Below, piece by piece: positions 1 to 15,189 of a stretch of 64,000 bases of DNA. Location of the stretch: the NCBI GenBank assembly GCA_951406725.2, contig OX597824.1, positions 69,750,001 through 69,814,000 of the forward strand, written 5' to 3'. The translations under genes and the position numbers were made by a program. Each line of letters opens with the position of its first letter. The first letter of the stretch is position 1. This stretch comes from Octopus vulgaris. Taxonomy: Eukaryota. The notes under the pieces were generated by a model that was not told where the DNA came from, did not search any database, and saw only the letters and a list, made by a program, of their open reading frames with translations.

Positions 1-610
1 GCAAATCACAAAGCTTGCTCTCCTTATCCAAAGCCACAATGTGCTCTTCTCTGCAGTTTTAGTGATAAAATTTATGGCCCTTTTCTTTCCTACACCAGTA
101 ACTCCAGGTTTATTATGCATCAAGTTTTTCATGCGTCTTCTTCATATGTTTTTCCTAGTTCCTTCATAGTCACCAGTTTAATTCTGGCGGAATATATGAA
201 ATAAAACAAGGGTACTAAAAACCCTTAAAAAACCATCAAATCACCTATATATCTTTGATCCTTTATATTTTACTTATTTCCGTCAGTAGACTGCGGCCAT
301 ACTGGAGCACAGATTTGAAACATTTTTAGACGAATGAATAGACCCCAGTACTTATTCTTTTTCCAAAGAGATTTCTGTCTACACTATCCATTCAGAAAAC
401 TTGGGTTACCCTCATATTAACTCAAGGTACTGTGTGGGTGGATGGACCCTCGTGCCGTAGGATAATTTCAAAGAACTGTAAAAGAAAGCATTAACAACAA
501 TTCTTCTCTTTTTTAATCTGATTCTCACCGTCTGCAGCTGTCTGTCTGTCTGTCTATCACTCTTTCTTTGTCTGTCTGTCTCTGTCTCAGTCAGTCTGTC
601 TATCTTTCTC

Positions 611-668
<58 letters not shown>

Positions 669-671
669 AGT

Positions 672-708
<37 letters not shown>

Positions 709-1035
709 TCTCTATCTATTTATCTATCTATCTATCTATCCATCCATATCTCTCCATTTTTTAAACCCAACTACTGACCCAGTCTCCCCTCCTAGTTCCC
801 TCCCCTTAGCTCTTCCATTTAACATTATCTCTTCATCTTAACATTTCCATAAACATCTCTCTCTTCCTCTCTTCCTCTTTCTTTGTCTATTTGTAATCTT
901 GTCACATGATAGCCCCTCCTGCCATTCTTGATGTTTATCTCTTCCTATCTACAGCAATTCCCACTACGTCGCTCTCAGATTTTCCTCTTTCTTTTCCCTC
1001 TATCTATCCATCCATCCATCTATCCATCCATCTAT

Positions 1036-1129
<94 letters not shown>

Positions 1130-1140
1130 ATATATCACTA

Positions 1141-1216
<76 letters not shown>

Positions 1217-1679
1217 AACCTGTATATCTATATACCTGTTTGTCTGTCTGTTAGTCTCATTTCTCCGCCATTTGGGGGGAACTGTTTCCATTCAGTTCTT
1301 TCTCCTGTTCTTTTTTTCTGTCACAATCACTCCTACCACATACACAACCAGCATTATAACAACAACAACAACAACAACTACAACGACGACAACAAACCGC
1401 TATCACCAACACCGCCGCTGCTGCCACCTACACCACTACCACCACTACCACCACCACCACTACCACCACTCAGTCATCGTATCTGTGTCTTCTTTGTGCC
1501 ACCATCTGATGGATCCCAGATGTCGACGTATAATCATATCTAAACGGGAACAGATAGCAACAATAAATGTATGAGACAGACGACAAGCAATCATCCGTGT
1601 CGTCGGCTTCACTCCGTCTGTGTGTGTGGTGTGTATCTGGAAGAAGACGATGAATAAGATGCACAAGAATAAAAAGAAA

Positions 1680-2137
<458 letters not shown>

Positions 2138-2504
2138 GAGTTTTAAAATTTAAAAAGATGTGTTGGATATTACAGTCCTGGATTGTCTTAAACAGTGAGA
2201 TGGTCAAGGATGGAATTCCTTATATCATAGGTTTGATGGATAACATTTCGTCTTGCTTGTCGTTTAGCTCCGGTTCAGCGCTGACCGAGGGACCCCATGA
2301 TCAAAAACTTTTCCAACTGAACGTTCTTCCAATTTTGTTATTTATCTGTAACTACTCTGTTCAGTGCAAAACAGTTGAGTGTACTTCGAAGAATGAGAAA
2401 TTGTTAGTTATTTCTAGCAAATCGAGAGACTACACAGAGTCTCCGTCATCGTTGGTTCATCTGAAGTGAACAAATGGTGAGAAACGGTAACGAAAATGTT
2501 GAAT

Positions 2505-2960
2505 CATGGCCATTCGTGTCCCAAGATCATAAGGAAGAGCGGTAAGCTCGTAAGTGTGGTTGTGTAAACTGGTCCTTGAATGACAAGGCTCTGGCTTACT
2601 TGGGGCAAATATGTAGGCTTTGATCAGATGGGAGTTGTGACGATGACTCTTTCCTTCTTTGGCGTTTCTCATCCACCGTAATTATCTGGCCGTAATCCAC
2701 CGTAATTATCTGGCCTTCTCAAAATTGCTTCCAGCAGTTTGGATGCGATATCTCCACACCACACACTCTACTGTGAAGTCGCTTCTTGCCTGGTTGAGCT
2801 GGCGTTTCAGCTGGTCTTTGAAGTGCCTCCGGCTGTTGGGACTCCGCTGTCTCTTTTTCGCTGGTCGAGCTCACTGCAGAATACGGTTTTCGGCTTTCTG
2901 GATTTGTCTATGCATGTGACGTGACATGCTGGAGAACTCCGTTATTGTTAGGTGATGGGT
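2505..2960 (-). mobile_element. RTE-clade LINE 3' fragment (degraded)
   Basis: Minus-strand translation ...KKRQRSPNSRRHFKDQLKRQL...WR...CHSRTSLHNH resembles the RTE ORF C-terminus (RFKDQLK motif plus decayed zinc finger). Contains an internal ~20-bp duplication ATCCACCGTAATTATCTGGC. Confidence 0.7.
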
Positions 2961-3591
2961 TCCTTCAAGGACATGTCTATAATGGAGCGAAGGCAATTCT
3001 GGTGGACGTGTTCCAGCAACTTGACCTACTGAATACGAAACTTTAAATAAGCTTTTTAATTCCTCAAACAGTACTGTAGTAAATGTGTAGGACATTTGTG
3101 AGTTTATTCAATGTAAAAATTACTTCTTATATAAAATGGAGACGGAAAACTACTGCAACGAAACCGGAGCTTTTAGTGGAAGTCCTAATATGACCGTTGG
3201 GTCTCAAGAAGCATAATTTTCTCACACTTACACTTGAACTTGTAGTCACGTAGACTTGTAAGATACACACGACTTGAGAAAACTCAGAAGATATAACTTC
3301 AACAATGAGATACTTAAGCTTCGTGTTACCACTTCTCAGATCTAGTGGTCTAGTTATATTTCGGCTTCAATTTATATATTCCACACTGGGCATTCAATTT
3401 TTTTCCCACGGTATATTTGATTTTTATTAACCAATCAAATTTGTGGTTATCTAATATCTCTAAGAATATCTTATATGTGTGTCTCGAGAGAAGAGAGAGG
3501 GATTAAATCGCTTTGCACTGGTTTCAGTGCAGACGTTGACTTTCTCAAGTATTTCTGTTCTGCCACACGATTTGCATCTCGTATGATATAT

Positions 3592-3975
3592 TTGCAGCTT
3601 ATGGGGAAGCTTGCTACCCTACCACGTGGTTCTGGGTTCAGTCCCATTGCGTGGAATATCGGGCAAGTGTGTTCTTCTATAATGCCAAACCGACCAAAGC
3701 TTTAGATTTGGTAGACGGAGTCTGAAAGAAGCCCATCATATATATTTTCTCTCAACTATTTTCTCCCCTTGTTTCTCTCCTCGTTTTCTTTCTGTGTCCC
3801 TTTCTGTAGAAGAGCGTAGGCTCGAAACGTAAAAGACTTTTTCTTTTCCTGAGCGTTATACAAATACATCTGTTTGTTTTGCACTCCCCCTGTCTCTTCG
3901 TCTTTTGTTTTTTTTTCGTAAACTCTCCCTATATATATATATGTATATATATATATGTATATATATATGTATATA

Positions 3976-4027
<52 letters not shown>

Positions 4028-4240
4028 TGACTTTTTGTATGTATTTATCTCCCACCACTGCTTGACAACCGTTGCTGGTTTGTTTACGTTCCCGTTATTT
4101 AGCAGTTCGATAAGAAAGAGCAATAGAATATGTAACAGGCTTTAAAAAAATACTGGGGTTGATCCACTTCACCAAATTTCTTCAAGGCGGTGCCCCAGTT
4201 TGGCCGTACTCCAGTGACTGAAGCAAGTAATAGTAAAAGA
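3592..4240 (+). mobile_element. SINE family A copy, degraded, interrupted by a family C element and a (TA)n/(TG)n tract
   Basis: Head GGGTTCAGTCCCATTGCGTGG...GGGCAAGTG and tail GGCGGTGCCCCAG...GCAAGTAA match the full copies (e.g. 5109-5525). Confidence 0.8.
3746..3930 (+). mobile_element. Family C: Penelope-like pLTR-type remnant with minimal hammerhead motif
   Basis: CTTTCTGTAGAAGAGCGTAGGCTCGAAACGTAAAAGAC plus shared flanks, also found at 21770, 22993, 39769 and 47701. Confidence 0.65.
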
Positions 4241-5108
4241 TAAAGGTTAGCTTTTCTGTGCTTCAAGACATTAGATGCGAGTAGACACAATTGCGTTATA
4301 CACCATAAGTTTGGTTATTTGTGCCAGATCGTGATCTTCATCTATCTTCTCAACTGATCAAAGATCATGTCATCATACTTCTCCAGCATTCGATATATCA
4401 TCAATATAGCGGTTTGGCAAAAGGGAACGACAGAATAAGTACTATGATTTTAAAATAGCACTGTGGTTGATTTATTCGACTAAAATTTCTTCTAGGCGGT
4501 GCCCCAGCATGGCCGAAGTCTAATAATCGAAATAAGTAAAAGATAAAAAAATAAATCTACTGTGATTGGTCACTACCCAGTACTCTATATTTTCCATATT
4601 CTGTTTATGTATTCTGTGTGGTCGAATCAGATTTCTGCTTGTTGGTTGTTTGTGGCTGTACAATATTCTTTTATCTTAAGTTGAGAGCGCGGCACATCGG
4701 TTGTAAACTGGCAGAGTCGTCAAAGTATTGAATTGAATGTTTCATATAATTTGTTACGATTCTCTGCACTTTCAGTTCAAATCCTGTCTTTGACTCAACT
4801 CCAGCTTTTCATCATTTCGGGGTCGATAAAAAGTTTTCAGTCCAAGGTATTCGATTCATTGGTGAACTGTTAGATGACCGGAAAAAATGTGTCGCAATAT
4901 CACTTCCGGCTTTCTTACATTCTTGACAGCATCACATCCATCAGTGATTCCCAACCGGAGCGCATATTGCTCTTGGGGTCAATATGGCCCTTGTTGCTCC
5001 ATATGGCCCTTGGAAATCCTTATAAGGTATTGTTATTAAAAACTTATCTGCAATAAGTCGGTTATACTTCCACAATACACAAAATGTTTTTTAAATTTAT
5101 TTTATATA

Positions 5109-5525
5109 GGCGTAGGAGTGGCTGTGTGGTAAGTAGATTGCTTACCAACCACATGGTTCCGGGTTCATTCCCACTGCGTGGTACCTTGGGCAAGTGTCTT
5201 CTACTATAGCCTCGGGCAGACCAAAGCCTTGTGAGTGGATTTGGTAGACGGAAACTGAAAGAAACCCGTCATATATATATGTATATATATATATATATGT
5301 GTGTGTATATGTTTGTGTGTCTGTGCTTGTCCCCCCAACATTACTTGACAACCGATGTTGGTATGCTTGCGTCCCCGTAACATAGCAGTTCGGCAAAAGA
5401 GACCGATAGAATAAGTACTAGGCTTACAAAGAATAAAGTCCTGGGGTCGATTTGCTCGACTAAAGGCGGTGCTCCAGCATGGCCATAGTCAAATGACTGA
5501 AACAAGTAAAAGAATAAAAGAGTAA
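5109..5525 (+). mobile_element. SINE family A, full length (tRNA-derived head, CORE-like domain, internal microsatellite)
   Basis: Box A-like TGGCTGTGTGG, box B-like GGTTCATTCCC, CORE-like ACCTTGGGCAAGTG, tail ending AAACAAGTAAAAGA. More than ten copies occur in the window. Confidence 0.92.
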
Positions 5526-5869
5526 ATAATTCCTAGTAATATCTAATTATAGAAATATATGTTTCTTAAACATCGAATAGCTATGCGAGTCCATCTGAAT
5601 AGAAATCAAAAGGAACCATAGATTAAAAAAACTAGTTGAGAAACACTGTGCTCCATCAACACTTGTTCCAAGCTGTTTCGGCTGAGTCGAATGCATGGAG
5701 AGAGAAGATTTGCAGTCTTAATCAAGAAATCCTTGCTCATCTCTGGACACAGCTGTACAGATGCATAGTAAACCTAGATCACTGGAGCCCTAACCCCCGG
5801 CACAATGTCTCACCTACGTCATACAATAAACATCAAATAACGGCGGTCATAGTATATTAGTGCTCAACA

Positions 5870-6140
5870 CTAACTGTGGTATCATCTGAGGACCAAAGTT
5901 CAATCACTAATCTAGTCCTGGTTATTATCCAGGCATGGAGTTTGCCTAGATTGAATAGGTTGCCATCTGTGCTGTACAAAGTTTGGACACCATGTAAGAT
6001 TTTGCAAATTTACAGCATGACTATAGCACAGGCAAAAATATGGGAGACTGGATGGGCATATAAGTATTCCCGCCTTAACCCAGTTTTCACATCAAATTTG
6101 TGTATTATAAGACTGATATTGTGTCCTGTGGATGTCATTT
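5870..6140 (-). mobile_element. RTE-clade LINE reverse transcriptase fragment (highly degraded)
   Basis: Minus translation FDVKTGLRR...YSTDGNLFNLGKLHA...LVIELWSSDD resembles RTE RT (GVKQG...RTDGKLFNL...LLFADD). Confidence 0.7.
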
Positions 6141-6196
6141 AATAGCAATGAACTTATGCGCACCGCCATGATTGGTTAGAAGTGCATTTGTGTGTG

Positions 6197-6249
<53 letters not shown>

Positions 6250-6282
6250 TTGCACATACATATTTAAATATATATTTGTGTG

Positions 6283-6321
<39 letters not shown>

Positions 6322-6617
6322 TTATGTATGTATGTATGCATGTATGAATGTATCTATATATATATATATACATATAGGCACACATACATATATACATACC
6401 TACATACATACATACATACATGCACATACAGTCAAACGCACGTGTATATGTGCTTATATGTAAGTAGGCATATAGCAATCAATGTATAAATGTTCACATG
6501 CGCAAACACACTCTCTCACACTCTCTCACGCACTCATGTATATACGTATACATGTGTATGTGTACGTATGTACATAAATGCACCTATGCACATACACTCA
6601 CACACACACACACACAC

Positions 6618-6689
<72 letters not shown>

Positions 6690-7669
6690 ATGTATGTATA
6701 TATATGTACACACACTGATATATACATATATATATACAAATATGTATATATATAAACATATGTATATATATATATATGTATGTGCGTGTATATAATATTT
6801 ACTTGTATATGTACATACGACTATAAATACACACATACGTATGTATGTATATATACGTGTATATATACACACACACACGTATACACACACACATGCGCAC
6901 ACGCACATACAGAGAAGGAAAGATAGAAAAGAAAGGGGAGTTAAGAAATAAAGTAGAAAAGAGGGTGGGTGTGTTTAATTAATTTTCTAATGAAGTAAAG
7001 TAAAAAAAAAAATAACATCATGGCTTTAGAATGAAAAAGAAGCAAAATTGGTTTCTATCTAATTGATATTTTAAATTAATATATCAATTTAATTTATATA
7101 GTCATGTGTATATCAACGTGTCGTGTGTCTCTGTAGGTGTGTGTATGTTTGAGTGTGTGCGTGTGCGTGTGCGTGTGTGTGTGCGTGTATTTGTATTTGT
7201 GTGTGTACGTGTGAGAGTTATGTATATATGTATTTATGTATTTTGTATCTAGTCATGTATTATCCATGTTTGTGTTAGTATCATGTATTACTTGTGTATG
7301 TATGTATACATATTCAGTTATTGGAGAATATAAGAATATATATATATATATGTATATATTTTTTATATGCGTACATGAATATAAACGCACAAGCATGTCT
7401 AACTGTATACACACACATGCACACATTTACATACACATATGTGCGTGTGTAGGCATTTGCTGTTTGTGTATGTATTTATAAACGGATTTTGTTAGTATTT
7501 AGATATCTGAATATTGCATGGTTGCTTGTGTATAAAATATATACTACTTGTTTGTCTATATACGCATACATATTTAGTTGTGACGTATTATCCATGTTTG
7601 TGTTAGTATCATGTATTACTTGTGTATGTATGTATGTATGTATACATATTCAGTTATTGGAGAATATAA

Positions 7670-7796
<127 letters not shown>

Positions 7797-7838
7797 TACA
7801 TATATAAATATACATATATATATATACGCATATATATA

Positions 7839-7929
<91 letters not shown>

Positions 7930-8887
7930 TGTAGTGCGTGTGTGTATATGTGTGTCTGTGCTTTGTGTGTCTGCATGATTGTGTAACCGCATGTGTGTAA
8001 GCGTTAGTGCAAGTATCTGATCATACCTTTGCTTTTATGAGCACCTACAATATATATATCGCATTTATTACTTGTCACGTTTGTGATATGTATGCCTTTC
8101 CTCTCATCGTGCATGTGTGTGTGTGTGTGTGTGTGTGTTTGACCGGGAGAGGAATTATTTTATATCTAGCAGCAAATAGTAGGTGCAGAAATTGGTAGAT
8201 AAACGACTACAGTAGGTTAAAGTGTTCGACATACCCATACATATTCATGAATACTTACATGCATGCATATATACATACATACATACATACATACATGCAC
8301 ACATACATATATTCATTCATTCATGTACGCATGCATACGTATAAATATACATACATACAAACACACATACATACAGACAGCCAGATACGCACACATACAT
8401 ACATGTATAAATGCATGCATACATACATTCATTTATGCACGCATGCATGCACACGGATAAATATACAAACATACAAACATACAAACATACAGACACATAT
8501 ACATGCATACATACATATATACGCACATACATGCACACATACATGCATTCATTCATTCATGCACGTATGCATGCATACATATAAATATACATACAAACAT
8601 AATTACATACATACAGACACACACGCATACATGCATACATGCATAAATACATACCTACACACACATACATACACACATACATACATTCATTCAAGTATGT
8701 ATACATACATATAAACATACATACAAACAGATACTTACATACAGATACACACACATACTTACATTTATGCATACATACATACATACATACATACATACAT
8801 ACATACATACATACATACATACATACATACATACATACATACATGCATGCATACATACATACATACATACATACATACATACATACA

Positions 8888-8919
<32 letters not shown>

Positions 8920-9307
8920 CGCATGTATAAATACATAGAAATTCAAAGAGAAACAGGATAACTGCTGACAACTGCTTCAAATCCTTCAGCCCTCTATACC
9001 TACATTATAAATTTCCATTTATATCAATAACATTTGGTGCTTTCGGTTTTGTTACTATCTGGAAAGGCTGGGATTTTCACAAAAAGAAATCAACCAGCTA
9101 AAACGAACATTAGAAACACAATCCGTAAGCAGAACAGTAAAAATATGCAAGACTTCTCTGAAGTTCAAAACATAACGTTGTCTTTCTTATCTCTTTCCCA
9201 ATGTTGGAGTTTGTATCTTTGTTAGAAACCAGCATGCTTTTTCTCCAGGAAGACTTCAAATAATAGAAATAAAAGAGAGCAAGCATACATACACACATAT
9301 ATACTCG

Positions 9308-9469
9308 GGCGCAGACGTAACTGTGTGATAAGAAGTGTGCTTGCCAATCACATGTTTCCCAGTTCAAGCTCACTGCGTGGCAACTTGGGCACGTGTCTTC
9401 TACTACAGTCTTCTGTCGATTAAAACTTTGTGCGTGGATTTGGTAAACGGAAACTGAAAGAAGCTTATC

Positions 9470-9513
<44 letters not shown>

Positions 9514-9740
9514 CCATATATATTTACATATACATATATCTATATATGGGAGGGTGTGTAACTGTCTTTGTGTCAGTGTTTATCTCCACCCACAGCTTGA
9601 CAACCTCAACTTAGCGGTTCGGTAAAAAGAATCAATAGAGTAAGTACCAAGTTTAGTAAGTTCTGACATCGATTCATTCCACTAAAAAAAATTTCCAGTG
9701 GGTGCCTCCAGCATGGCTAAAGGCTGAAACAAGTAAAGAT
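9308..9740 (+). mobile_element. SINE family A copy (diverged)
   Basis: Same head, GGATTTGGTAAACGGAAACTGAAAGAAG segment and tail as 5109-5525. Confidence 0.85.
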
Positions 9741-9747
9741 ACACACA

Positions 9748-10747
9748 TTGGGTCATCCCATAAATAATGTGGTTTTTTTCAAGGGCATGAATTAAAAGTC
9801 GGAGGGGACAGGATAAACAACCTTCATCAACTTGCTATAAAAGCATGCAGTAATTTTACCTTGTACTTATTCTTTGTGCAAGTTTTGAAGAGTGCGGTTA
9901 TTTTTTCAAAGCTATAATGGAATTGACAAAGGAGCATATTCGGCATATTTTACTTTATGAGTTCAATAAAGGCAACAACGCAACGGACAGTGCGAGGAAT
10001 ATTAATGTAGTATATGAGGATCGGATAGAGTGTAAGCCAGTGTCAATGGCGGTTCCAGAAATTTCGAGCCGGAAAGTACAGCCTGGAAGACGATCTTCAT
10101 CCTGGAAGATCTGTAGAGCTCGACGAGGATGTCCTGCAAACCCTGGTGCAACAAACTCTTATCGTAACTATTGAGAAACTAGCAGAAAAGCTTCGATTTG
10201 GTCTTTCAACCATTCATAGACACCTGCGTGCCATCGGAAATGTTAGCAAATGGGGTCAATGGGCCCTCACAAACTTTCCGAGTCTAATCGCAATTAGAGA
10301 GTGATTGTGTGCTCTTCTTTGCTGTCACGTCTCACGAATGAAACTTTTTTTGACCGAATAGTCACTGATGACGAGAAATGGGTTCTCTATAACAATGTCA
10401 AACGCCGAAGACAGTGGGTAGGGAAAGGAGAAGCACCGGCATCCCAAGCTAAAGACGGTCTTCACCTTCCTAAGGTATTATGTGTTTGGTGGGATATGAA
10501 AGGTTTAGTCCACTTCGAACTTTTAAACCCAAACCAAACGATAACAAAGGAGATCTAATGCGGGCAGCTTGAGCGGCTTAAGTCAGCGCTAGAAGAAAAA
10601 AGGACCATTTTGCAAAACCAGATAGATGGAAGAGCATTATAGTAAATGTAGGAGAGTATATTTTAGATAAAAGTAGAACTTTATTTATCTTCATTTTGAA
10701 AAATAAAAGAAGTACAAAAAGACCGTATTATTTATGGGATGACCCAA
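9748..10747 (+). mobile_element. Mariner DNA transposon (cecropia/Hsmar1-like), frameshifted and internally deleted
   Basis: TIRs TTGGGTCATCCCATAAATAAT / ATTATTTATGGGATGACCCAA followed by TA. ORF pieces MELTKEHIRHILLYEFNKG... and FFDRIVTDDEKWVLYNN...LCVWWD. The YSPDL region is missing. Confidence 0.95.
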
Positions 10748-11104
10748 TATATACATATTCCCACTTAATTACATTTAAACTCATACATACACATACACAC
10801 TTAATTAGTCACAATCATGTAAATGTGTGTGTATGCCTGTGTGTGTGTGCGTGTGTGTGTGCGTGTGTGTGTGCGTGTGTGTGAATGGATGCATTTGGTA
10901 ACGGTGTTATTACCACGTACAGTGTGGCACTTGGTCAAATGACTTCTACGAGCGAAATTTGACAGAGGATTTCTGGATGCAGATGACCGTAGTATATATG
11001 TGTGTGTATGAGGATATACATTCATCTATCCATCCATCCATCCATCCATCCATTCATTCATTCATTCTTCCATACATACATACATACATACATACATACA
11101 TACA

Positions 11105-11140
<36 letters not shown>

Positions 11141-11322
11141 TTTCTAACGGCAAAATATTTCTCTAGGATTCTTCAAGGCAGTGCCCCAACATGGCCGCAG
11201 TCTAATGACTAAAACTAGTAAAAGATAAAAGATATATACATATACATACATATTTGTTCGTGTCCCTAAGTGTTTTTGAATGTATTCAGGTTATACATTC
11301 GTATTCCATAATTACTCAGTTT

Positions 11323-11735
11323 TCTTATTTCTTTACTGCCCACAAGGGGCTACAAACAGAGGGGACAAACAAGGACAGACAAACGGATTAAGTCGATTGT
11401 ATCGATCCCAGTGCGTAACTGGTACGTAATCTATCAACACCGGAAGGTAAAGTCGACCTCGGCAGAATTTGAACTCAGAACGTAGCGGTCGACGAAATGC
11501 CTATTTCTTTACTACCTAGAAGGGGCTAAACACAGAGAGGACAAACAAGGACAGACAAACAGATTAAGTCGATTATATCTACCCCAGTGCGTAACTGGTA
11601 CTTATTTAATCGACCCCCCCAGAGGATGAAAGGCAAAGTCGACCTCGGCGGAATTTGAACTCAGAACGTAAAGACAGACGAAATATCGCTAAGCATTTCG
11701 CCCGACATGCTAACATTTCTGCCAGCTCGCCGTCT
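11323..11735 (-). mobile_element. SINE family B, head plus two tandem ~185-bp units
   Basis: Reverse complement of 14506-14738 and 20518-20926; box B GAGTTCAAATTCC and a Nin/Deu-like central domain GTCGACTTTGCCTTTCATCC. Confidence 0.9.
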
Positions 11736-11918
11736 TTATTGTTCAGTTTTCTTGGAATGCTATAGACTTCGCCTTCATGTAGCGTTTATATCGTAGACAA
11801 CGAGGCTTCATATGTCAGCCATTCTCCTACACACAGCCTGAATTATGTAGCTGTTACTCCTAACTTTGCTGTACCTATTAACAGCTAGTTTGTGTACCTG
11901 CGTGCGCGCACATGATAC

Positions 11919-12141
11919 TTAAAACGCGACTATGTCCGAGTTTAATCTATTTTATAAAGGAAATATTCATGTTGATTTAATGGCCCTTTATTTGAGGAAT
12001 CGGATAGTGAAAGTCTCGAAATGTTAAAAGAGAAAATGACTTGAGTACTTTATTGTCCAAATTAAACGCAGAGAACTAAATAGGAAAAATTGAGAATAAT
12101 TTAACGATAAAGATGAAACTTGGACATAGTCGTGTTTTTAA
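11919..12141. mobile_element. MITE with ~25-bp imperfect TIRs
   Basis: TTAAAACGCGACTATGTCCGAGTTT ... AAACTTGGACATAGTCGTGTTTTTAA. Confidence 0.7.
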
Positions 12142-12524
12142 TATAAAGCTGTTGAAAGAAAAAAAAGCTATTCCCGATTTACACGCATACACACACACTT
12201 GCACACACTAGCGCACACACACACACACACATCCACACTCACTCACTCACCCCACTCCCCACAAAAAACATATTTATATATGCTATATATACCTGTGTGC
12301 GTTTATGCGTGAATGTCTGTGCGTGTTTCTGTGTTTGTGTGTGTGTGTGTGTGTGTGTATGTGTGTGTGTATCTACCTGTCTCTTCGTGACAACGTGACA
12401 AAAATGTTTGACAGTTATTTCGAAGCTTTTGAGCTCTAATAAAATATACCGAGTATCCTCAAGTTTGCTGTTAAATTGGTGTTATATAAAACTTCAGATA
12501 AATAATCATATACATACACACATG

Positions 12525-12596
<72 letters not shown>

Positions 12597-12612
12597 CACA
12601 CATACATATATG

Positions 12613-12675
<63 letters not shown>

Positions 12676-12911
12676 TGTATTTATTTAGATATGTATAAAT
12701 ATATATATTTATATATGTATAATATATATATATATATAATATATATGTATTTATATATATATATATAGGTATTTATATATATATATTGTATTTGTATATA
12801 TAAATATATATACATATATATCTATAAATATATTTATATATATTAATATATGTCTATATATATAAATTTAAATATATATATATATATATATAATAAATAT
12901 ATATCTCTGCG

Positions 12912-12997
<86 letters not shown>

Positions 12998-13309
12998 TTA
13001 TATATATATGTGTAAATTTACATATATACACACACATCTGTGTATGAATGTATATGTATACATGTATATATATGTTAGCACTGTTAGGTTATATAGCTAC
13101 TGGTGCTTACACTGATATTACATCGATTTCACGACTGTTGCGTAATTTGTCACACGAAACACTAGTGACGTCATTAGTAGAAACTGACGTCATTGACGAC
13201 ACACTCATAATGACTTTGGTAACAGTACTGAAGATGATCAGTAGAAAATTATTCTAAATACACACATACACACACACACTCACACACTCACACACACATA
13301 CACACATAT

Positions 13310-14160
13310 AGCTATGTGGTAAGAAGCTTCTTTCCCAACCACATGGCTCCAGGTTCAGTCCCGGTGTGTGATATCTTGGGCAAGAGTGTTCTATAGCTTT
13401 GGGCAGATCAAAGTCTTGTTAGTGGATTTGGCAGACGGAAACTGAAAGATGCCTGTGATATATACATAGTGTGTGTGTGTTTGTTCCCCTAACACCGCGT
13501 GACATTGGTGTTAGTATCTTTAAATCCCTGTAACTTAGTGGTTTGGCAAAAGTGACCTATAGACTAAGTACTAACCTCTAAAAAACATGTCTTGAGTTCG
13601 ATCTATTCTACTAAAACCCATTAAGGCGATGCTCCAGCTGGGGCATCGTCCTGAAAGGTTTTCGTCGAACAAATCGACCCCCGTGACTTATTCTATCGGT
13701 GTCTTTTGCTGAACCACTAGGGTACATGAAGATAAAGACGTAAACACATCAACCTTGGTTGTCAAGCAGTGATGGGAGATAAACACAGGCACAAAAGTAC
13801 ACATACACACAAACTTTCATATATATATATACTAGCAGTATCGCCCGGCGTTACTCGGGTTTGTAAGGGAAATAACTATATAAGCATTTATAGAGAGTTA
13901 CTTCCCTTATATAAACCGAGCGAAAATGCATTAAAAATGCGGTAAAATTATGGTAATTTTTTTTTTAAACCGTAGACTCATCGTAGACGCGCGCTAATAC
14001 CCAGAAGGGCTCGATATGAATCACGACTATAAGATACCCGCTTTTGGTTAAACTGCACCGCAAAATGTGGGAGTAGTTAGGAATCTAAATCATAGGAGAC
14101 AGACACACAACTTCATTTTTATATATAAAGATATACGACGGGCTTCTTTCAGTTTCTGCC
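13310..14160. mobile_element. Two SINE A copies tail-to-tail (+ 13310-13640, - 13640-14160); the second is interrupted by a Helitron
   Basis: Family A motifs on both strands; the minus copy resumes at TATACGACGGGCTTCTTTCAG after the Helitron. Confidence 0.75.
13832..14131 (-). mobile_element. Non-autonomous Helitron
   Basis: On the minus strand it starts TC, ends with a GC hairpin CCCGAGTAACGCCGGG and CTAG, sits at an A|T site and has no TSD. The same 3' end occurs at 15990 and 62780. Confidence 0.85.
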
Positions 14161-14505
14161 AATAAAATTCTTGTAGTGAACATGCAGTGAACGGAAGAAG
14201 CTGCAGAAAGTGGTTTTGAAATTCCAGGCGTGACAATTTCTGCTTACTCGGTGTGTCAAGATCAGGACATCATTGTGAATTGAGAATGAAATGCTAGGAA
14301 CGACAGTTGTAAGGGATCGTACTGTGACAGTGAGTGTGTTTTGTACTGAATTTAATGTCAGTGGAATATCATTGAGGCAAGTGTTCAAGTTTAAGTATCT
14401 CAGGGTCTAATTCATGAATGATAGGAAGCAGAAGGATTTGGTGCTAGAGAACAATTGCTGACACAGTAATGTAACAGCTCCGGTATTATTATTATATATA
14501 TATAA

Positions 14506-14738
14506 GGCGGCAAGATGGCAGAAACGTTAGCACGCCGGGCGAAATGCTTAGCGGTATTTCGTCTGCCGTTACGTTGTGAGTTCAAATTCCGCCAAGGTCG
14601 ACTTTGCCTTTCATCCTTTCGGGGTCAATAAATTAAGTACCAGTTACGCACTGGAGTCGATGTAATCGATTTAATACCTTTGTCTGTCCTTGTTTGTCCC
14701 CTCTGTGTTTAGCCCCTTGTGGGTAATAAAGAAATAGG
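14506..14738 (+). mobile_element. SINE family B, monomeric
   Basis: GGCGGCAAGATGGCAGAAACGTTAGCACG head, box B GAGTTCAAATTCC, central GTCGACTTTGCCTTTCATCCTTTCGGGG. Confidence 0.9.
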
Positions 14739-14759
14739 TATTATTATTATATATATTAT

Positions 14760-15105
14760 TATGGCCTGGTTCCAACACAGACCGTAGTAACAAAGTTCAC
14801 TCGCCACACTTCTCGGTCCATCATCACTGCCTCGAGGTCCTGGATATATTCCAGACCAGTGTCTGCAATTAAGTTGTCAATGTAAGTGTGACGAAGTCTT
14901 CTTTTTCTTACATCACCATTAAGTAGTTTCCACAAAACTAATTTGGATGCTTTCAGTTCAGGATTGTGCACGCAGTGACATGATGGTCGCAGCCGTCTTT
15001 ACCTGATCTCGCTAACTTTCGGAAGGCCTCCATAAAGACATTCATTTATCATATGTTGCTGCCATTTCACATTTAGGGCGATACGTAGCCTCCTTGTGTA
15101 ATATT
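14760..15105 (-). mobile_element. RTE-like LINE 3' end fragment
   Basis: ORF ...ASKLVLWKLLNGDVRKRRLRHTYIDNLIADTGLE...MMDREVWR is typical of an RTE ORF C-terminus. Confidence 0.75.
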
Positions 15106-15189
15106 CAGTATTCGATCCTCAGAAAAGGGGACATTGGGGGTAAAAGTCAAACCTGTTATCTTCAATTCGGTTTTCGTGTCTAAGCTTGG

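Noticed and set aside
5109-5180. tRNA genes at SINE heads (also 29335-29408, 30457-30520)
   Set aside because: They have A/B boxes but no complete cloverleaf, and they are heads of repeated SINE families.
11323-11735. CRISPR-like repeat-spacer array
   Set aside because: These are tandem SINE units with no unique spacers and no cas genes, in eukaryotic context.
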